The notes: a model not told the origin generated them from the letters alone. Positions 35,398-49,811 are shown, counted from the first letter of the stretch. The stretch is DNA of 64,000 nucleotides from Fistulifera solaris (GCA_030295235.1 AP026125.1:1116001-1180000), one strand, 5' to 3'. Numbers and translations: made by a program.

Positions 35398-36597
35398 ATG
35401 TCAGGGAAGAGTTCTAAAATTTTGAAAGCGGATGGAAAAGCAGCGAGAGAAGAAAAGAAACGAAAATGGGAGGCGAAACAGCAAGAAAAGGAACTTTCCG
35501 TCAACAGAAAGAGGAAGCGCGAACAGTGGTGCGAGAAGCATCCTGAATACACCACATTTGTCACAGAAGATCTCATTGCCCAGGTGTTAGGCAATGAAAA
35601 AATTCACGGGGTTCCTTCGCTCTTGCAACCGTACATTAATCTTCGTGAGGGATCTCAGACGTCGGATGATGATTCATCTGCATACTTTATTGCTGAAGGC
35701 ACAGAAACGATTCGTCTCCTGATACGGCAATCTACAGAAAACAATCCTTTAAAAATACATGTCAACTCGATTGTGGTGAAACCAAGTGTACTTTTTGATG
35801 AACCTGTGAATCTTTTGCAAGACTTAGAGCGCATCGCTTTAAAGAAAGACAGCAATGACGGCTCGCATAAAACTTCCCGTGTCCCCTTTCATGTTTTTTG
35901 TGGCCGAAGATCACATCATGAGCAAGCTTGCTGGCTTTCAAATAGCTCGTGGGGCTCTTGCATGTGGCGATGTCCCGCATAATCGGGATGCAGAATGGCT
36001 TATGAAGTATCTACTCGAGTTGCGACAGGGTGATGATTCTCCTCAGCCAATTCGTCTCTTAGCGTTTGATGCCATTTCCGATACGGCTAATCTTGGCTCC
36101 ATGATTCGAACTGCTTCGGCTTTCGGAATTGCGGCTGTCGTTTTGAGTCATGATTGCTGTGATGCGTGGTATCGACGATCTGTCCGCGTTTCAATGGGTC
36201 ATATTTTTCGTGTGCCATGCATCCGAGTCGACGACTTGGCCGCATTTCTCAATAATCTGAAGAAAGGACCGTTTGGTGTTATATCATACGCTGCCGTGAT
36301 TGACCCGGCATCAGACTTGCGCCTTGAAACGATGGAGAAAGGTAAGAAAGCCATGTAATTATGTTGATTTATAATCTGCTCCTAATTATTTGGCATGTTC
36401 GTCGCGAAGGATCGGTTGGAAAAGCTTGGTGTTGCGTTGTTGGAAATGAGGCGAAAGGAATCTCGGAACCTGTACGTATCGCTTGTTCTCATTCGATACG
36501 AATTGAGATGGAGGCTGATGTCGACTCGTTAAGCGTTCCAATTGCGACGGGAATTCTTCTACACGGTCTAAAGGAAAGGGAAACAAGATCATGCTGA
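35398..36597 (+). CDS. SpoU/TrmH family RNA methyltransferase
   Basis: FIAEG, ISDTANLGSMIRTASAFG, YRRSVRVSMG, VVGNEAKGIS and VDSLSV; indel at 35894-35899 and intron at ~36342-36409. Confidence 0.88.
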
Positions 36598-36636
36598 AAC
36601 ATTTAGTTAATTAACACTACTAGTTGACTTCTTTTT

Positions 36637-38807
36637 TTAGAAATTAAATCCTTGTTGCTGAACGAAAGGAGGCTGTTGGCCGTAGCCTCCCTGGCTGTTG
36701 TGCGAATTGAGGTTGCTGTTGGGCGTACCCTGGTACAGGAGCAGTTTGTCCGTATTGAAATTGAGCTGCAGCGGGAGCTTGTCCGTATTGCGGGACACTT
36801 GATGGCTGTCCGTATTGAGGTTGCTGATTTGGCTGTCCATATGAGTGTGGCTGCTGTTGACCATAGCTTCCGAGCGCCTCCTGTCCCCCCTTGATGAATT
36901 CCGTATTGACTTCCGTAACTATTTTGCTGTGATGAAACTACCATGGAACTGGGCTGATAGGATTTCATGATCTCTTTTGACGGCGCAGCCTTTACAATAC
37001 AAGTGAGTAATTAGCTTTAAACTGTGCAGTTGCCAAACATGTTCCGTACCTTTGTTTTCTGCAAATCCGCCAATGAGCGGTTATCATTAATAGAAGTAGA
37101 CGCGAAAGGGTTCGCGGCAGGCTCATCTTTCTTCGAAGTAAGTGAAAATGAATCTACATTCGCTAATTTTGCAAATGTTTGATCAAGCAATGACACAGGT
37201 TTGCTTTCCGCACTTGCCCCGAAGTCACTTTGTCCATTCGGCGGGTAAGACGGAGCCTGCTCTTGCGCGGGTGGAGGTTGTTGTTTTACGGGCGTTGGTG
37301 AAAATCCAGAGAACGTCGGAGCCGGTGAACCAAAGCCAAGACTCGAAGGCGTTTGTTGCGCCAGGGGCGTAACGGATAAGGGCACCTCTGGGTTATCGTA
37401 CGAGGTAGATATGGCCGGAGGAGCAGTCCAGGTACCCGAAGGTGCAGGAGTCTGCGAGTTATACGGAGCAGCAGCCGATTGCGTAAAACTTGGCTGTCCA
37501 CTCAAGGGCTGAGAATACTGATTCGATCCTCCATTTTGAGCTGATGGAGCCGGTGGGTATTGCGAAGAACCGTACGATTGACTTCCGTAGGGAAACCCAT
37601 TGGCGGAAGGAGTATTTGCATAAAGATTGACAGGAGTTGTCTGTGTCTGCACTGGAGTCACCGTCGAACCCCAAGGATCTCCAACTGCTGGTGCAGGTGG
37701 TGCAGGAGGTGCAGGAACTGGGGCGGCTCCCCAAGGCTCTGCTGAAGCAGCAGGAGGTACAGGGGGCGGGGGAGCTCCCCAAGTTTCTGCAGGAGCAGCT
37801 GCTGGGGTTGGTGCTGCAGCCCAGGGATATGCTGCATTGGGAACGGGCGTTATCGCCGTGCTCCAAGGATCGGACGTGGTTGGGGGCAGTGCAGGTAGCG
37901 GCGCTCCTATAAAAACTGTGTTGGCGGGCGTACCTCCCCATGCTGTATTGGCTGAAGGGGGTAGCGCAGCTAAAGGCTGAGCGGGAGCGGTGTCTGATCC
38001 AAAGTCCAACAAATCACCGCCGCCGCCTGCTTTAACTTTATCGTCTTCCAAAGACTGACGAATTGCTTCCTGCAAATATGCCTCCTCCTGTAAAGCGCGC
38101 AGGTTGTTAGACAGGTTCTTATTGCATAATGAGGAAGAAAACGAAACGTACCTCATCCGGGTTGGTTGGCATTTCGAGTGATGTAATGCGCTCGGATCCA
38201 GCAAAAGTGGAGCGACGAGGCTCCGCCATTGGCATGGATGTGGCTACAGCACGAGGGTCATTAGCAGCCATACCGAGTCGGTACACTTTTGGGAAGGAGA
38301 AGAAGCTCTGACCGTCTACAAAGAAATCGTATTGACGGAATCCGGGCGTCGGTGATAAAGGCGGAGAAGCGTGTGCGATGACCTTCAGCACATGATTGTT
38401 TTTCATCGTCCAACTGTGATCAAAAATACCCATCCGGCCGATTGAGAAGTGAATTTCATGTCCGTCAAACAAGATGGTGCGCTTTCCTGATGTAAGACTC
38501 CAAATGAGCGTCACATCGTGTTCTTCTCCTCGACAAGCAGTGCCTACTTCTCCGTTCGAAAGAGCCGACATGTTGGCAAAGCCAAATCTCCTGAAAAAAC
38601 ACAGGCGTGTCAGCTTTATTTTTATAGGTTTCACGTTGAAAGATATCCTTACGAGGATTCGACGCCGCAGACCGGAAATAATACCTGGTACGGAGCATAA
38701 ACGAAGTAAGCTTACCATCGGACTCTTCGTTTGCTGCTAGCAACTCGTTTACCAGCGGCAACTGCCGTAAAGTCAATCTGATACACTACCGGCACACGAG
38801 CTGACAT
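36637..38807 (-). CDS. Multi-exon protein with N-terminal beta domain, UIM-like helix and Pro/Ala- and QYGQ-rich tail (endocytic-adaptor-like)
   Basis: HDVTLIWSLTSGKR domain, EEAYLQEAIRQSL (UIM-like), DLLDF, DPW and NPF motifs, and QYGQP repeats. Confidence 0.7.
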
Positions 38808-39342
38808 GATCTACCGAATGCGTGAAGAAAAAATGATACGATGAAGGTTTTCTTTTCAAAATGATTCTTCGTTATGCACCTCTAGGGTCGTGCGAAGCCT
38901 TGCGACTGCGACGGGTGTTTTTGATCTTCGCTGTTCGATCTTTTGCTTATTGCACTTTTGCACCAATGGCGGAGTCGAAATCTGACCGGTTTTCAATACC
39001 CTAAACTTAGAATGTGTCTGATGTGTCACAACAGCCAACTCCGCCGCTAGAATACTTTAAGACGCAGTGTGTTATAAAGCACGTTTCATCTATAACCTTA
39101 GAAGTAGATACAGTTATACAGTGGCGGAATCTTTTCACGGACAAAGTACAGACTGACAGATTCCATCACATTCATTCATCACAACGTGGAAAAAGGATGA
39201 GAAGGGCAAAAGGCGGGGAGCATTGTGATTTCAAAATTTCGATCCATCGGGTTGTCTTCTCTATGAGAACAAGCAAAGTTAGTCAGGCGGATTTATGAAG
39301 TGCGCAAAGCTCAGTTAGAACTATCCTATGCCAAGTTAGAGC

Positions 39343-40961
39343 ATGAAAGCAACTGGTAGATCCCAGTACCGATGTCTGATTGTATCAATCCTCTCCGTGT
39401 CTACTTTCGGCTCAAATGATCGTGACCCATTCTTTCGTCCTGGAAACGATGTTTCTTTCCAAGACTATATCACTCCCTGCAACAGCCTTTTACAGAAACC
39501 ATTCGCGCATCCCGTCACAATGACTTCAAACCAGGTGCTCGTATATCGGAGGCAAGAAATCGTGTCGGAGAAAACTTGCGAGCACTCGTGTCACAGCTCA
39601 CTCCATCCGATTCCTCCGAAGCCCGTTCCCATGACAATGAGTCAAACAAGGACGCAAGCTTTCCATCCTCCGGAGAGATATCAACTAACAATGGACCCAA
39701 GTCACCACTGGCGTATCGATATTATGCTCGCAATCCCAAATTAAGTCACACGTACGGCTCGTTGCCGTTTCTGCTGATAGGACCCAACATTGATCACTGG
39801 AAAGTAGTCGCACGAGAACTCGCTTCCCGAGGGTATAATGTGATTGTTTGCGAACGAGTTGGTTTGGAAGAATTGCAAAAAAAGAAAGCGCAATGGACGC
39901 AACATGATTCGACTATTTTGATACAAAGATTACTAGATGCTCTGAAGTGGAACACGGTAGTGATGATCGCATGCGACGAGGAATCTGTTTTCGCTGTAGA
40001 GGCAGCAATGAACTTGGCCCCGGAGCGAATCTCGGCGTTAATCCTATGTGGTCGTATCCCTGAGCCGGAAGGCTTCTGGAAGGAGTATTCGCCTTTAATG
40101 TTGAAGAGGGGGCTAGCAGAATACGAGTCGATAGACGAAGTCTTGCTAGACAATCTGCGGTGTCCTTTTTCCATTGTTTGGGATGGAGCTATCCCACCGC
40201 CTCCAGAAACGGAAGTTCGAGATGCATTTTCGCAATCCGACTTTCCAACTCGGAATCTTATTCTTGGTGGAGGATCGGCCCCTCATCGACGTCGGCCCGA
40301 ATTATTTGCCTGGTCCATGACGCGGTTTGTTGAGAAGAATCTTGCAACGCGTACTAGCTGGACGGAGAATGAACCAAGCGATCGATCGGCCGATCGTGAA
40401 GTGGTTAACAGGAATGACGTCACACCTTTCATGGCCCAAATCAGTGAACTGTTCAATCCTGAGTCGTTTGTTGTCGGAGGTCGCCTGATCGCTACAGCTA
40501 TACTTTACGTGGCATTACTGCGAACGCTTGCTTTCCAATACGGAAGGATTCGATGGGCGACTATCAATGTCAGCTCAGCTGTGAGGATGGTTTTCACATT
40601 CCCCGGTACGGTGGTCCGCGGCTTACTCAATGTATTAGGTCAATTGAAGAAGGGCAAGTCAACACTAATCAATGTGTGCTGTGCAGCCTTCGGCTATTTG
40701 CGTTCAGTATTATCGCGGCAGCATAGTGAGGTTGTTGATGAAGATGAAGGCCCTGACATGAATGACGACCAAAAAGATCAGGACGTGGACGTTGAGTCGG
40801 AACAACTTTCCGGGCAGACGCAGGACGAAGACGGTGACGAGATTGACGAACAAGATACTGAAAGTGATTCTGGCGATTCGTCCCCAGAGCAAATACATGA
40901 CGAAAAACGAAGGAAGCGCATCCCGAGGCCGTACTTTTATTTAGACAACGTGATTGTTTAA
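39343..40961 (+). CDS. Alpha/beta-hydrolase-like membrane protein
   Basis: HWKVVARELASRGYNVIVC, LLDALKW and APERISALILCG; C-terminal TM segment and acidic tail. The N-terminus is joined via a probable indel near 39425. Confidence 0.6.
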
Positions 40962-41353
40962 AGTGATGTCCCAGGAGCATTTTTTAAAAATGCGTGTCGC
41001 CAACCAATGCGAATACCGGAAAACTGGTGCGTAAATGACGCTTTTCAATTTGATTTTGCGGTCGCATTTGCTCTTTCCGTGCTCAGTTTCGCCGTGATCG
41101 ATATCGGTGAACACATAAATTTGGGCGAAGGTAATGCACGTCACCTTAATTCGAAGGAATGTCACCAAAGCTTAAAGCTTGGATTAGATCATACAGCTAC
41201 TTCAAACGATACTTTTCTACTAGTAATGCTTTTCTCATTAGGTCTACTCGGGTAAGAAGTGTCCCCCCGTACGGTTATAGTGGTCAACAAAGGAAAGAGA
41301 CGCTTGTAAGCGCTGTAGCTCAGGGCGCGTGAGGCTCGCTCTCTTCTGCATTT

Positions 41354-42996
41354 CTACAGAACGAATGCTATATCGTCGAGCTTCATTTTCTCTGGTCGTA
41401 CCCTTTTGTGCTCCTCGTGATCTTCCGGATTGAAAGCTACTACTCTGGGCATTTTGTAAACGCCATGCGTCATGGAATCGTTCGATGTTTTTGATATCTT
41501 CGCCGTATCCTTCCGCAAGCATATCGCGCATTCAGCGCCGAACATGCAAATCCGTTCAGATCCCTTCAGCCATTCTTTTCTACCACCCACCATATTTTTC
41601 GGTCGCACATTTCCGATACTTCTAATTGCATTGGTGTCACTCCAATTTGCAACCCCAACTTTACCTGTCTCATCTGCAATTCTTTGTCTTGCTCCATTTC
41701 ACGAAATCTCACGAGACATTCGCTTTCACGAAGTGCAGATAAGGTCTTGATACTCCTTTTGAATTCTCTTATGTCTTCCTCGACATCTGTATCCTCCACG
41801 ACTTCGTACTGTTCAAGTTCCTTAAGCTTTCTTTGAATAGCATTCAATGCCGACTCGATCGTGTTCCCGAAATTGACTTTTTCAATCATTTCATTCTGTT
41901 TCGCAAGATTTTCGTAATCACTAACCAGTTCTGCCGCTGATAAGCAGTATATGACGTTGTCATCCGGCAAATTGTCAAGAATTTTCATCGCAGAATGCAT
42001 TTGTTCAGAATTCACACTCTCTTCTGTTTCGGTCGAAATATCCGTATCTCCGAGAAGAAGGCTGTGACACGCCTGTTGAGTGTCAACATGCGCTGTCAAT
42101 GTGGGACCTTTCCATTTTCCCAGAGACGGACGGACCCGAACCGGGGAATTAGTTGCTGTTGCCGACACACCTTGGGATCGCGTCCTAGGCCGTGATGATC
42201 CCTCTTTCAAGTCACAAGTTGCGTCTCGGGACGAACTTAGCAGTGAGGTAGGGGTTACCTCTGCAGTTTTCTTATAATCCAGCACGTTATCATCATTTGT
42301 GTTTGTCGTCGCGGTAGAACGACTGCGCGTTATTCGTCTATGGTCTCCCCTTTCATCAGCTGTTGTGTCTAGTTTTTGTCTTTTGGATCGCAGTCCTGTA
42401 TCTTGAATGCTCTCAGAAACCACTTCGTGACTATCCATTCTGCTGATCGTTGTAGCCCGGCTACGAGTTAAACACTTGTCCTCAATATCATCAGCTTGTG
42501 CAAGTACTTTTTGCTTCTTCGGTGGCAATTTTGCAGATTGAGAACTATTGACATTCAGCTCGTGACAATCCTTTGTGTTCATCGTCGCTGTGCGGCTACG
42601 AGTAACTCGTATGTCTTCTTCATGCCTCCTGGTCTTTGTATTTGATTTTCGCTTTTTTGATCGTAGCTTCGATAGCTGAGGTCTCTCGCAACTTGTGTTT
42701 ATTGTGATTGTCTTGCTACGAGTCACTCGTCCACTATCAACAGTCTCATCAATCTGTGCGTCTATTGTGCGTTTTCTCGAATTTATGAGACTATCATCGG
42801 CATCCTCTCGTATTTCTGTATCATCAGACGGAGGAAGGACTTTAAACATTTTGCGGAGCAGTCGGGAAACGATGCTGGTCCCCTCTGCTTCGACGGCAAC
42901 AGTTTTGTTTGCCCGCGCTTTCCGCGTCTTCACAGCACCGGAAATGCTTTTATCAGTATTCCCCATCCGCTGAAGTGGGGTGAGTGCTCTAAACAT
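41354..42996 (-). CDS. Basic hypothetical protein with repeated RxTRSR motifs
   Basis: 476-aa ORF with ~40-45-aa internal repeats. The C-terminus probably continues in a shifted frame to 41354. Confidence 0.6.
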
Positions 42997-43299
42997 GGAT
43001 GCGTTAAGTATTAAAATAGCACGACGTTTGTTTTGAGTTTATTGTTGTGAAAGTGATGTTTTTCTGTTCATCGAATGGCGACGACGAAAACAAGGAGAAA
43101 CGTGACTCACGCTGATTTCTCATTCACGATCACGGTTGATTGACGTCGTCGGACCGACAACAGACGCCAACCTCCACAAACCACGCAAAAAGTCGTCGTC
43201 AAACCGAAAAATGGCGGAATGCTTTTATATTATGGAAAACAATTGGAAAACGATAGCATAGACCTACAACTTTTTAATCAAAAAGAAAGCACTGCACCC

Positions 43300-44983
43300 A
43301 TGAGCGACCAGACCGATACAACCCCCGTCAACCCGATTCCAACGGTGATCGCTACCATCTGTTAATTGAGTTCGCTCATAAACATCTCGACTTTCAAATT
43401 GCTGAGCTCGAATCTGTACTTGATATGCACGGTATTTCGCTGGGCGATGATGAAGAGTGTCGTATTATTGCATTGCCGAATGCAAACAAAACAAAGTTGA
43501 AAACTCGTCATGGCAAGACTGTGCAAGTACACCGTGTCAAGGACTCGGGAAGCGGTGCAGTAACGTCACGACGTCCTTTTCTTATTCTTTCTTTACCTCG
43601 TACGTCCAAATGGATACCCAACAATGATGAAACTCAGACCAACAATATTGCGTCCATTATTCTTGAAAGATGTACTTTGGTCAGAAACGTCATGGAGCTA
43701 TGGGGTATGGGAACTTCTATTGAAGAATGTGCCATGGCAGCTAAAGATTGGATACAAAACTATACACTGGGCAAGCTGACCTTCTCCCGAGTTTCTTCTG
43801 AATCCTGGAAACTGACTGTGCATACATTAGGGGCAAAGTATACGTACGAAGAGCAAGGCGTGATGCGCAGCCATGTTTCCCATTTGGGCTTTTCGGGACC
43901 CGTCCAAATGAAAGATCCCACCAACGAGTATGTTTTGATTCACGAAATCGAGCTCAATGAGACAGGAAGTCCTCTATACCCGAGACACAGCCCGGAAGGC
44001 AAAATCATTTCCGAAAACGACGCTCGACCTCCGATTGCTTGCTATTTCGCTCGAACACTGTGCGGAACTCGCCAACACAAAGGACGTGGAAAAGAACAGT
44101 ACAGTTTGAAAAATCGAACTTATTTGGGGCCTACTAGTATGGATGCCGAGTTGAGTTCCATTATGACGAATCTGGGACACTGCAAGGAAGGAACCATTGC
44201 TTTTGATCCTTTTGTCGGCACTGGATCCATTCTTCTGTCATGCGCTCTGCGCGGAGCTTTCTGCATAGGAACCGATATCGATTTTAGAATCTTGAAGGGG
44301 AGAAGTAAAGACGAAAACATTGAGTCGAACTTTCGTCAATTTAATTTGCCGAAACCAGAGCTGATTCGAAGTGATAACTCCATTCATCATCGCCACTTTC
44401 GTACGACGTCCCCCATGTATGACGCGATCATCTGCGATCCTCCCTACGGTATTCGTGCCGGGGCCAGAAAAAGTGGGTCTCGCCTGACCAATCCGAAGCC
44501 TGTACCGGAAGATCAGCGCCACGACCATATTGCGCAGACGCGTCCTTACCCAGTGTCCGACGTCATGGCGGATCTTTTGGATGTAGCAGCAAGGAATTTA
44601 GTTCTCGGAGGTCGACTGGTTTATATTATTCCATCGTACGCAGACTTTGACGACGAGTGTGATCTTCCTCGTCACGAGTGCTTGCGTATCGTTCACATCT
44701 GTTATCAACCATTGGGATCAGAGCTGGGACGTCGGATGGTAACCATGGAAAAGATAGGCGAATACGATGTTTCTAAAAGGGAAACGCATTATCTGGTTTC
44801 GACATGGGTTAACGGCCCCGAAAGTGCTGAAAAGTGTGCTAATATTCGAGAAAAGATACTCGAGAACGCGAAGCTCAAGCCCGGATACGAATCGAAGTTA
44901 GAAATACGTAAGCAGAAGCGAAAGGCCAACAAGGAGGCAAAAGAATTGCTAAACGCGCCGCTGCTGATAATTTTACGGACTAA
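43300..44983 (+). CDS. TRMT11: tRNA (guanine(10)-N2)-methyltransferase TRMT11/Trm11
   Basis: YLGPTSMDAELS, FDPFVGTGS, GTDID and DAIICDPPYGIRA. The N- and C-terminal ends are restored by single indels at 43322-43326 and ~44940. Confidence 0.92.
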
Positions 44984-44986
44984 AAC

Positions 44987-47456
44987 CTACTTCATGAAAC
45001 GACCCAAAGGAAATTTGATGGAGGCTGCAAGGCTGTAAGCGTCCTCTTTCGTCATAGGGCAAGAATATTTCGGTTCTCGAAGACGAATAGTGTCTTCACG
45101 TTGCCTCTGCCCGTGTTCGTGGATCATCCCAATATCGCGCAGAAACGATATGTTATTGTAAAATGATAAGGACTCCTCCGCTCGAAGCTTGTCAATATTA
45201 TCGAAGCCGGCGTTCTTGCTTGTCGAATCATCACAATTCGTTACAATACTCACGAAAACAGAGAGCATACGTTCTGCTGGAAAATATCTACGTTGAAGGG
45301 ATTTCGACTCTTCTTCAGTAGAACCGAAAGCAATTTCCTCGTCGTAATCGCGATGACCAGATGTGCGACGTCGTTTACCATTCTTCTCGATACTGAGAAG
45401 TTCTTTGTCGCGATCTGGACTGTTTACCTGGCAAAGAAATGAAGCGAGAAGCAAGTATTTTGCCATGACAGGGAGTTCGTGAATACGACTCGCGCGTACC
45501 TTGTCTCCTCCGCTATCAGGAATAACAAGTGCGTCGGCAGATAGTCCTTTTCCATAAAGGTTCGAAGGCGAGGCTGAAACTTTTTGTCTAAGATGGCTAT
45601 CACTTTGTCAGGCTCTATTTGCTCTTCAGTAGACCCGCCGTTTGCCGTGCTGAGGGTTTTTCGGAGGTTTCTTTTTTGCAACGGCTCCGTGTATTGGAGC
45701 CAAGATGAGCGACAGATGCTGGTATATTCTCTGATGTCGACCGTGATATCGTGCACCGATCTGATGATGTTATCTAGAAAGGCCTCGTAAAGTACACTAG
45801 CAAAGTTGTATTCATTTCGCTCTAGTTCTGCATCACCCCGTATCATTGACTGAATGTGTCTGGTTAACATTATCTTCATTAGAGAAAAAGAGCACGTGCC
45901 CATGAGAACTGATTTCAAGATACATGGAACGCAGTACGGCATCAAACTTACCCTTTTAATCTTTCGTTTGTCTTTGTACGCCGCAAAATGGAAATGTGCT
46001 GGTTGAAAGTAATCCCCCAAGGTTTCCATGGGGTCGAGATGTAGCCCTGCAATTTTGAAAGCGAATTAAATGAGTTTCATGTAGTTGTGCTGTCGGCAGC
46101 TCGGCATTAATCGTAACAACTTACGGCTGTATTCCAATAGTAAGCTTTTTGATATAACGATGATCGACAGGTTGAGCTGAAGTAATTGTGGAAGAAGCAG
46201 AATCTGAGAAAGAAAATTCACACGTTGTTCGGGACTTTTGTGTGAATTCATCGACAGCATTCTTTCTGCATTATCTAGTACGAGAGCTCCACAACGAGCA
46301 CCTCGAAACAATCCTTTCAAATCACAACCAAGATTCCAAACCGACATGCTTGTGGATGATGATCCTGAGCCATATGTAGACTCTCGTCCTAACGATACAC
46401 GTCCTTTACTTTTCTGCAGTTTCTTCCTTTCTCTCTCCTCGTTCTGAGAGTCGTAAGAGAACGAATGTTCGCGATCCTGTGGATGTGACTCTGTTACGCT
46501 GTCAGTGCTGTTGTCGCATCATTCGTTTGTTGTTCGATTTATAACTCACCATCGCCATCACTCATCATTGAACTAATGTATTGACCTCTCGCATCGCCAC
46601 CAAGTTCGCCGCTTTCAATAATGCTGCTCGCAAACTCTCGATAAACTTTCCGGCACAAATCATCAATTGACGAATCATCCAAGGCAGAACAGTTGACATA
46701 ACTATCCAAATAGATTGCGCGGCGTTGATCGACCCTTTGTTTCACATAGTCCACACACGCTCTCACAGTGGCTGTTTTCCCTACCCCAGCTGGACCTGTC
46801 ACAAATACGGGAGCCGGAACGAACGAGTTGTTGATTTGAGCTGCCCCTGCTTCCAAGTAACCCGTGAGCTTTCTCATTTCGGATTCACGGAAGGGAAATT
46901 GAACCGACAAAGTTTCGAAAGAAGGCTTCACGCAAGTAGAGTTGTTCCTGACGTCCCTCATGTTGTGCGAGGTTGGAAGAAGCATTCCTCGTTTCTTTAC
47001 GTCAATATGATCTTTTACGGTTGTTGTAGCCGCTTTGCGCTTCGGTGCCTTTGCTTTGTTCGATAGTCCCATTCCATATTCTAGACCGATACGAGAGAGA
47101 AAAGCCTGATTTCGCTGCTCATTTTTGGCTCGTTTTTGCAGCAATGATAACTCATTGTGGTCGATATCCGGAGACATGAGCGATTCTGCGTCTTGATCTA
47201 AAGAGCCTGTACTGCTCCGAGTAGCCGGTGTTGATATTTTCCGTGTACTATCCTCGCTTTCTTGTGTATAAAAGAGTTGTTCAAGATTAACCAACTCAGA
47301 TTTTTTGTCATCTAATGGGTTTTCAAACGATAGCGTAGACGCACGGGCGCTATCTTGTGACGAGAATAAGCCTTGTCCTGCGGCAGTAGCATCATTCGAC
47401 TCATCTTGTGTCGCATACAACAGGGGTTCTTCCGACTCGCAGACAGAAGCGTCCAT
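44987..47456 (-). CDS. ORC5: Origin recognition complex subunit 5-like AAA+ protein
   Basis: FPFRESE, Walker A GPAGVGKT, YVNC, LVLDNAER, HFAAY and the C-terminal LPVMAKYLLLASFLC...D / FPAERMLSVF. Several introns and one indel. Confidence 0.8.
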
Positions 47457-47843
47457 GCTTCTTAAACGGCAGCAAACGACTGTCTTTGTGAGTCGTCGCT
47501 TTGATAGTCAAACAACACAATGCAAAAGGCGGAAAAGCATACGAGGAATGCCGTTGCTGTTTTATTGTGTGCTTTTTGCTTGTGAATAAAGAAAATGAAA
47601 CGCGCGGTTTGGGGCGGGGAGAAAATTCGCCTACAATAAAGATGAGGCTGAGGAGTCATCTAAGCGTTGGTACGACACAAGGTGTTTTCACGCTATACAG
47701 AAGAGTGTAGTAGGAGAACGAAAAGAACAAACCCATCACCAAACGAAAGTATCTTTTTCATTTTCGTCGCCTCGAGTCTGTTCGTTATAAAGAGGTAACT
47801 CTTCATTCATTGCCGACAGTTACAAGTTGTAACAAAATACAAA

Positions 47844-49811
47844 ATGAAAACTATAGACCTAGTTGTTGCTGGACTGATATCCAACGCCGCACAAGAGGCC
47901 TTTGCGTTCTCAATCGCACCTTTCGCTCCCTCGTCGTCTCGACTGCGAAACGTCTTGCAATCGTCCACGTTCGAATGGTCCGTGACGGATGACTGGGACG
48001 ATCTTTCGAAAGAAAATCCACGTAACTCTGCGCTGACTAGTAATGAGATCTACTATCAAGATCTAGCTTGGAAAGCAGCCGTGCAACTGGAACAACAACA
48101 ATCCGCGAAGCGGCCTGGCATTTCTGCAGAAGATAAGGCTCTTCAAACAACCATCAGTCAAATTATGTCAGACTCCGACGAATTAGAAACCACCGAATAT
48201 GTAGATGATCACAGTGATTACTTTGAAGAAGAGCTTGGCCGAGAGATATCACTACTGGTCCGGTGCAATGAAAGTCCTGACGAGATGCTGACACGCGAAG
48301 GAAGGTTGATGCCCTCCGCTCTTTCTTCGAAGGAAAAGGATGACCCCGCGCAACTTGTGCTCTGGATAGAAAATGGTGATAACAATGAATCAATCGTGGA
48401 TGGCACCATGGGGACTAGCTCTATGAACTGGAAGATGACAGCATTCTTCCAAAAAAGCCGTTGAGGACATCTTTCATCAACATGCCAAAGAGCAAGTCAT
48501 GGACTGTACGGCAGTCGCATCCTGGATGCGGCAGAGCTTGCACGATGAGCAGATAGGCCCACACGATGGAAGAGTGAGGTCCACTATATCATTGCACGGC
48601 ACCTATGGCAAGGGATATTTGACCCTCGAAAACTTTCGTCAGCTATACTTGGCTGCAGTGGTCGGTACCAGCCCCTTGTTGGAAGCGGATGCTTCGCATC
48701 CTTATCAGGCATTAGAGCGGCGTCAACCCAGTATACAAGCCGTTTGGAGGGACATTCGGAATCATGGCATTAATTCTCCTAATGAAGTGGAGTTTCAGCA
48801 GAAATTCATGGAATTTCGAAAGACATTAGACATCAACGTCGATCCAAACTCTGAGATGATAATGGATGAGTGCGAAATAACCGACGAAGTCATTCAAATA
48901 TCTCAAACAACCGATAAGGAGGGGAAGAGCAGTTATGAATTGGTTGAGCTTGCACCGGATCGTCAAAGTCCGCTTTGGATGAACGACGGTAATTTTGGTA
49001 CGTTCTACTATTTCACCATGATCGAGTTGCCGCATTAAGCTTCACTCACTCTATTTCCAGTTTTCATTGATGAGGAGTCATGCATCGGATGTACACAGGT
49101 AAGAAGTTGCTTGAAAATGTTTTTGCTCATAATGTCCCCTTCTAAATCTTTAAACTGTCTATCTTCAGTGCGTATCCGCAGCTCCCGCTTCTTTTCGAAT
49201 GGTTGAAAACGGTAGAGCTAGGACCTACTCACAGAAAATAAGCCCCGATGTATCTGCAGCAGTAGCGGCGTGTCCGGTTGATTGCATGCACTTCGTGTCC
49301 TTCGATGAGTTGAAAGAATTGGAAACAGCCAGGGATGTTGGCGATGGAAGAGATGATCATCGACACTTTGGTAATAGTCCAACCATGGGTTATATTGGAC
49401 GAACGCCTCTGCATGTTAGCAGGAGAGGAACTGACGCAAATCATCGCAGTTCTTGGTATCAGTAAGTACAGCGTAATTAGTCTGGATGTAAATAGGTGAT
49501 CAGCGCGAAATCTAACACTATCGCTCTACCATTTAGCTATCTGAAGAACAAGTGTCAAAGTAAGTACTGTAGCTATCGATTTGAACTCATTTAGCTACCA
49601 GGCACATGATACACTAACGGCTGATGTTGCTTTTGTTGATACAGCATCCACACATTGCCCGCAGCGTGGCTGCTACGACTGTCCTCGCTTTTCCGAACCA
49701 GGTGCTAACCCATACTTTCAAGAGCGTGTCAAGAAGTCAACCCATCAACGAGCGCAATATTTCATGGAAAAAGGAATCGCGGACCCGTATCGTAAAGTAG
49801 CCGAGTTGTAA
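47844..49811 (+). CDS. Plastid-targeted protein with EF-hand-like segment and 4Fe-4S ferredoxin domain (DnaJ-ferredoxin-type Fd)
   Basis: AFA-F presequence, GKGYLTLENF, the spliced VFIDEESCIGCTQ|CVSAAP, AVAACPVDCMH, and C-terminal CPQRGCYDCP. Confidence 0.75.

Noticed and set aside
44987..45038. Overlap of TRMT11 and ORC5 coding 3' ends
   Set aside because: The overlap disappears when a one-base indel at ~44940 is corrected (TRMT11 stop at 44983).
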